DNA of 16,397 bases from Nitrospinota bacterium (GTDB lineage Bacteria; UBA8248), in assembly GCA_046581755.1 (NCBI GenBank), contig JAYGFR010000373.1, forward strand, positions 1 through 16,397, read 5' to 3'. Position numbers and translations under genes: made by a program. The notes beneath the pieces were generated by a model. The model did not search any database. It saw only the letters and a program-made list of their open reading frames with translations, and was not told the origin of the DNA. How positions within the stretch are numbered: position 1 is the first letter of the stretch; each line of letters opens with the position of its first letter. Positions 15,901 through 16,397 of this stretch are shown in pieces.

Positions 15901-16397
15901 CAGCCCTCCCGGTGGATTTCCCGCGCCAGGGCGTCGATGGGCTGAAGGTTCCCGGAAAGCCAATGGGCCCGGTAGAAGAGGATGCCCACCACCGGCGCTT
16001 CCTCCGGGACGGACGGAAGGCCGGGCGTCTCGTAGACGCCGCGCTCCGGCGTGGGCGTGGCGGGGTCCGACCCGTATCCCGTCAAAAGGAACCGGTCGGC
16101 CAGAAAGCGGAGAAGCTGTCCGTAGTTGTCCACTCCGCCGTGAACGAAGTACTCGAGCGCTCCGGTGAGGGTGGAAAGAGGCACCGAGCCGAGGGCGCTG
16201 AGCTCGGGATCGATCTCCCGGCCCCCGGCCATCGCCAGGAACGGAACCCCATTTTCGCGGCAGGCCCGGGAGAGCAAATCGAACCCCTCGGGGAAGTAGG
16301 CCCGGCCCCCGAGAATCCGGGCCACGAGAACCCTGGCGCGCGGCACGATCTCGCGCGCGAATTCCTCGAGGTCTCCGGGCTCCGTCAGCTCGCGCAG
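12924..16397 (-). CDS. cobN: Cobaltochelatase large subunit CobN, 5' end runs off the window
   Basis: Motifs VALPEFDGRI, NYPTRNARVGNGVGLDTP, YHSPDLPP, HVGKHGNLEWLPGK, PGEGTQAKRR, QIRDGLH, GPSGAPTRG, LPTGRNFYS, RISGFFRDAFP, DSDDYFQFHGG and RSRVVNPKWI. The frame stays open upstream of GTG 16346 to the window edge (LRELTEPGDLEEFAREIV). Confidence 0.96.
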   Translation of the reverse strand: MRELTEPGDLEEFAREIVPRARVLVARILGGRAYFPEGFDLLSRACRENGVPFLAMAGGREIDPELSALGSVPLSTLTGALEYFVHGGVDNYGQLLRFLADRFLLTGYGSDPATPTPERGVYETPGLPSVPEEAPVVGILFYRAHWLSGNLQPIDALAREIHREGCRARAVFCESLKEADEDGIPLAIREYLMDADVLISTLAFSSPHGLDCPVIQAVMSGSTRAEWSGSAAGLSPRDVAMHVALPEFDGRIISVPISFKDEGTRNEPLGAELRRNIPLPGRVAKVARLAKSWSVLRRTPNGEKRVAILFNNYPTRNARVGNGVGLDTPESVIRLLRALEAAGYDTGPIPENGDDLIHTLLAGCTHDDEFQTPENLERTPCKLDPAEYVQRFGRVPPSRREEMIEQWGSPPGTYMMAPDGMAIPGLRLGNVFIGIQPSRGFGVDSGAIYHSPDLPPTHFYLGYYQWIAQTFGAHAVIHVGKHGNLEWLPGKGIGLSETCYPEIVLGSIPNIYPYIINNPGEGTQAKRRSHAVIVDHMIPPMTRAESYGDLIKLEHLADEYAEASTLDPSKCPLISAKLIALLEESKIYRDLAYERPPAENEVERFIEDFDGYLCEIKESQIRDGLHILGVLAEGDRLIDLLVSLVRLDQSGVRGLPAAIADDLGLDHDTLAADPAQTVEYPHCRTAGDLIEVLEIRAREAVRENRAAGPESARTLAFLNEDIRPRLAHMPEEISNILTALEGRFVPAGPSGAPTRGMANILPTGRNFYSVDIRAIPSQTACEVGRRAAEGVLERYLKETGDYPRSIGIVVWGTSNMRTGGDDIGEILHLLGMRPVWQGISRRVIGLEVIPLEELGRPRIDVLIRISGFFRDAFPNVVELLDEAVRTVAELDEPAGKNFVRANIRADIQGGRDPESAAFRIFGSKPGSYGAGLLNLIDERNWTSDKDLAEVYVSWGGYAYGRGAPGVPAFGEFRRRLAGVSVALQNQDNREHDIFDSDDYFQFHGGMIAAVRSITGENPKAYFGDTSKPDRVKIRSLREEAVRVFRSRVVNPKWIESIQRHGYRGASELAATVDYLFGYDVTAHVIDSYMYEQVTEAYILDEGVRRFLEEKNPWALRGMVERLLEAQERGYWESPPEELTARLKQIYLENEAGLEVMD

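Noticed and set aside
11059..16397. Mg-chelatase (bchH/bchD) implying phototrophy
   Set aside because: The large subunit has CobN-type motifs and sits next to cobO in a cobalamin cluster. No bch/chl pathway genes are present.
16346..16397. GTG 16346 as the cobN start
   Set aside because: The frame remains open to the window edge with plausible coding sequence and no clear SD, so the true start is probably upstream.
1..16397. CRISPR array, IS/transposase, tRNA/rRNA, defence genes
   Set aside because: No spaced direct repeats, terminal inverted repeats or RNA gene signatures were seen, and nearly all bases are explained by cob CDSs.

Overview
GC-rich bacterial window fully occupied by a cobalamin (vitamin B12) corrin-ring biosynthesis cluster. 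Minus strand, right to left: cobN (5'-truncated by the window edge), a ChlI/ChlD-type AAA+/vWA chelatase subunit, cobO, cbiX (long form with a MxCxxC motif and His-rich tail), cobH/cbiC, cobL/cbiET, cobI/cbiL, a cbiG-cobJ fusion and cobM/cbiF. An oppositely oriented cbiD-cobK pair follows, then cobA and cobB (3'-truncated, missing from the ORF track). No RNA gene, riboswitch, CRISPR array or mobile element is evident. The most notable feature is a mixed pathway: cobalt-early markers (cbiX, cbiD, cbiG) share a cluster with a cobalt-late class I chelatase (CobN + ChlI/D), and cobG, cobF and cobST are absent from the window. The inverted cbiD-cobK cassette, with a convergent overlap and candidate face-to-face promoters, is also notable. 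All calls rest on motif recognition, not database searches. The host taxon cannot be determined.
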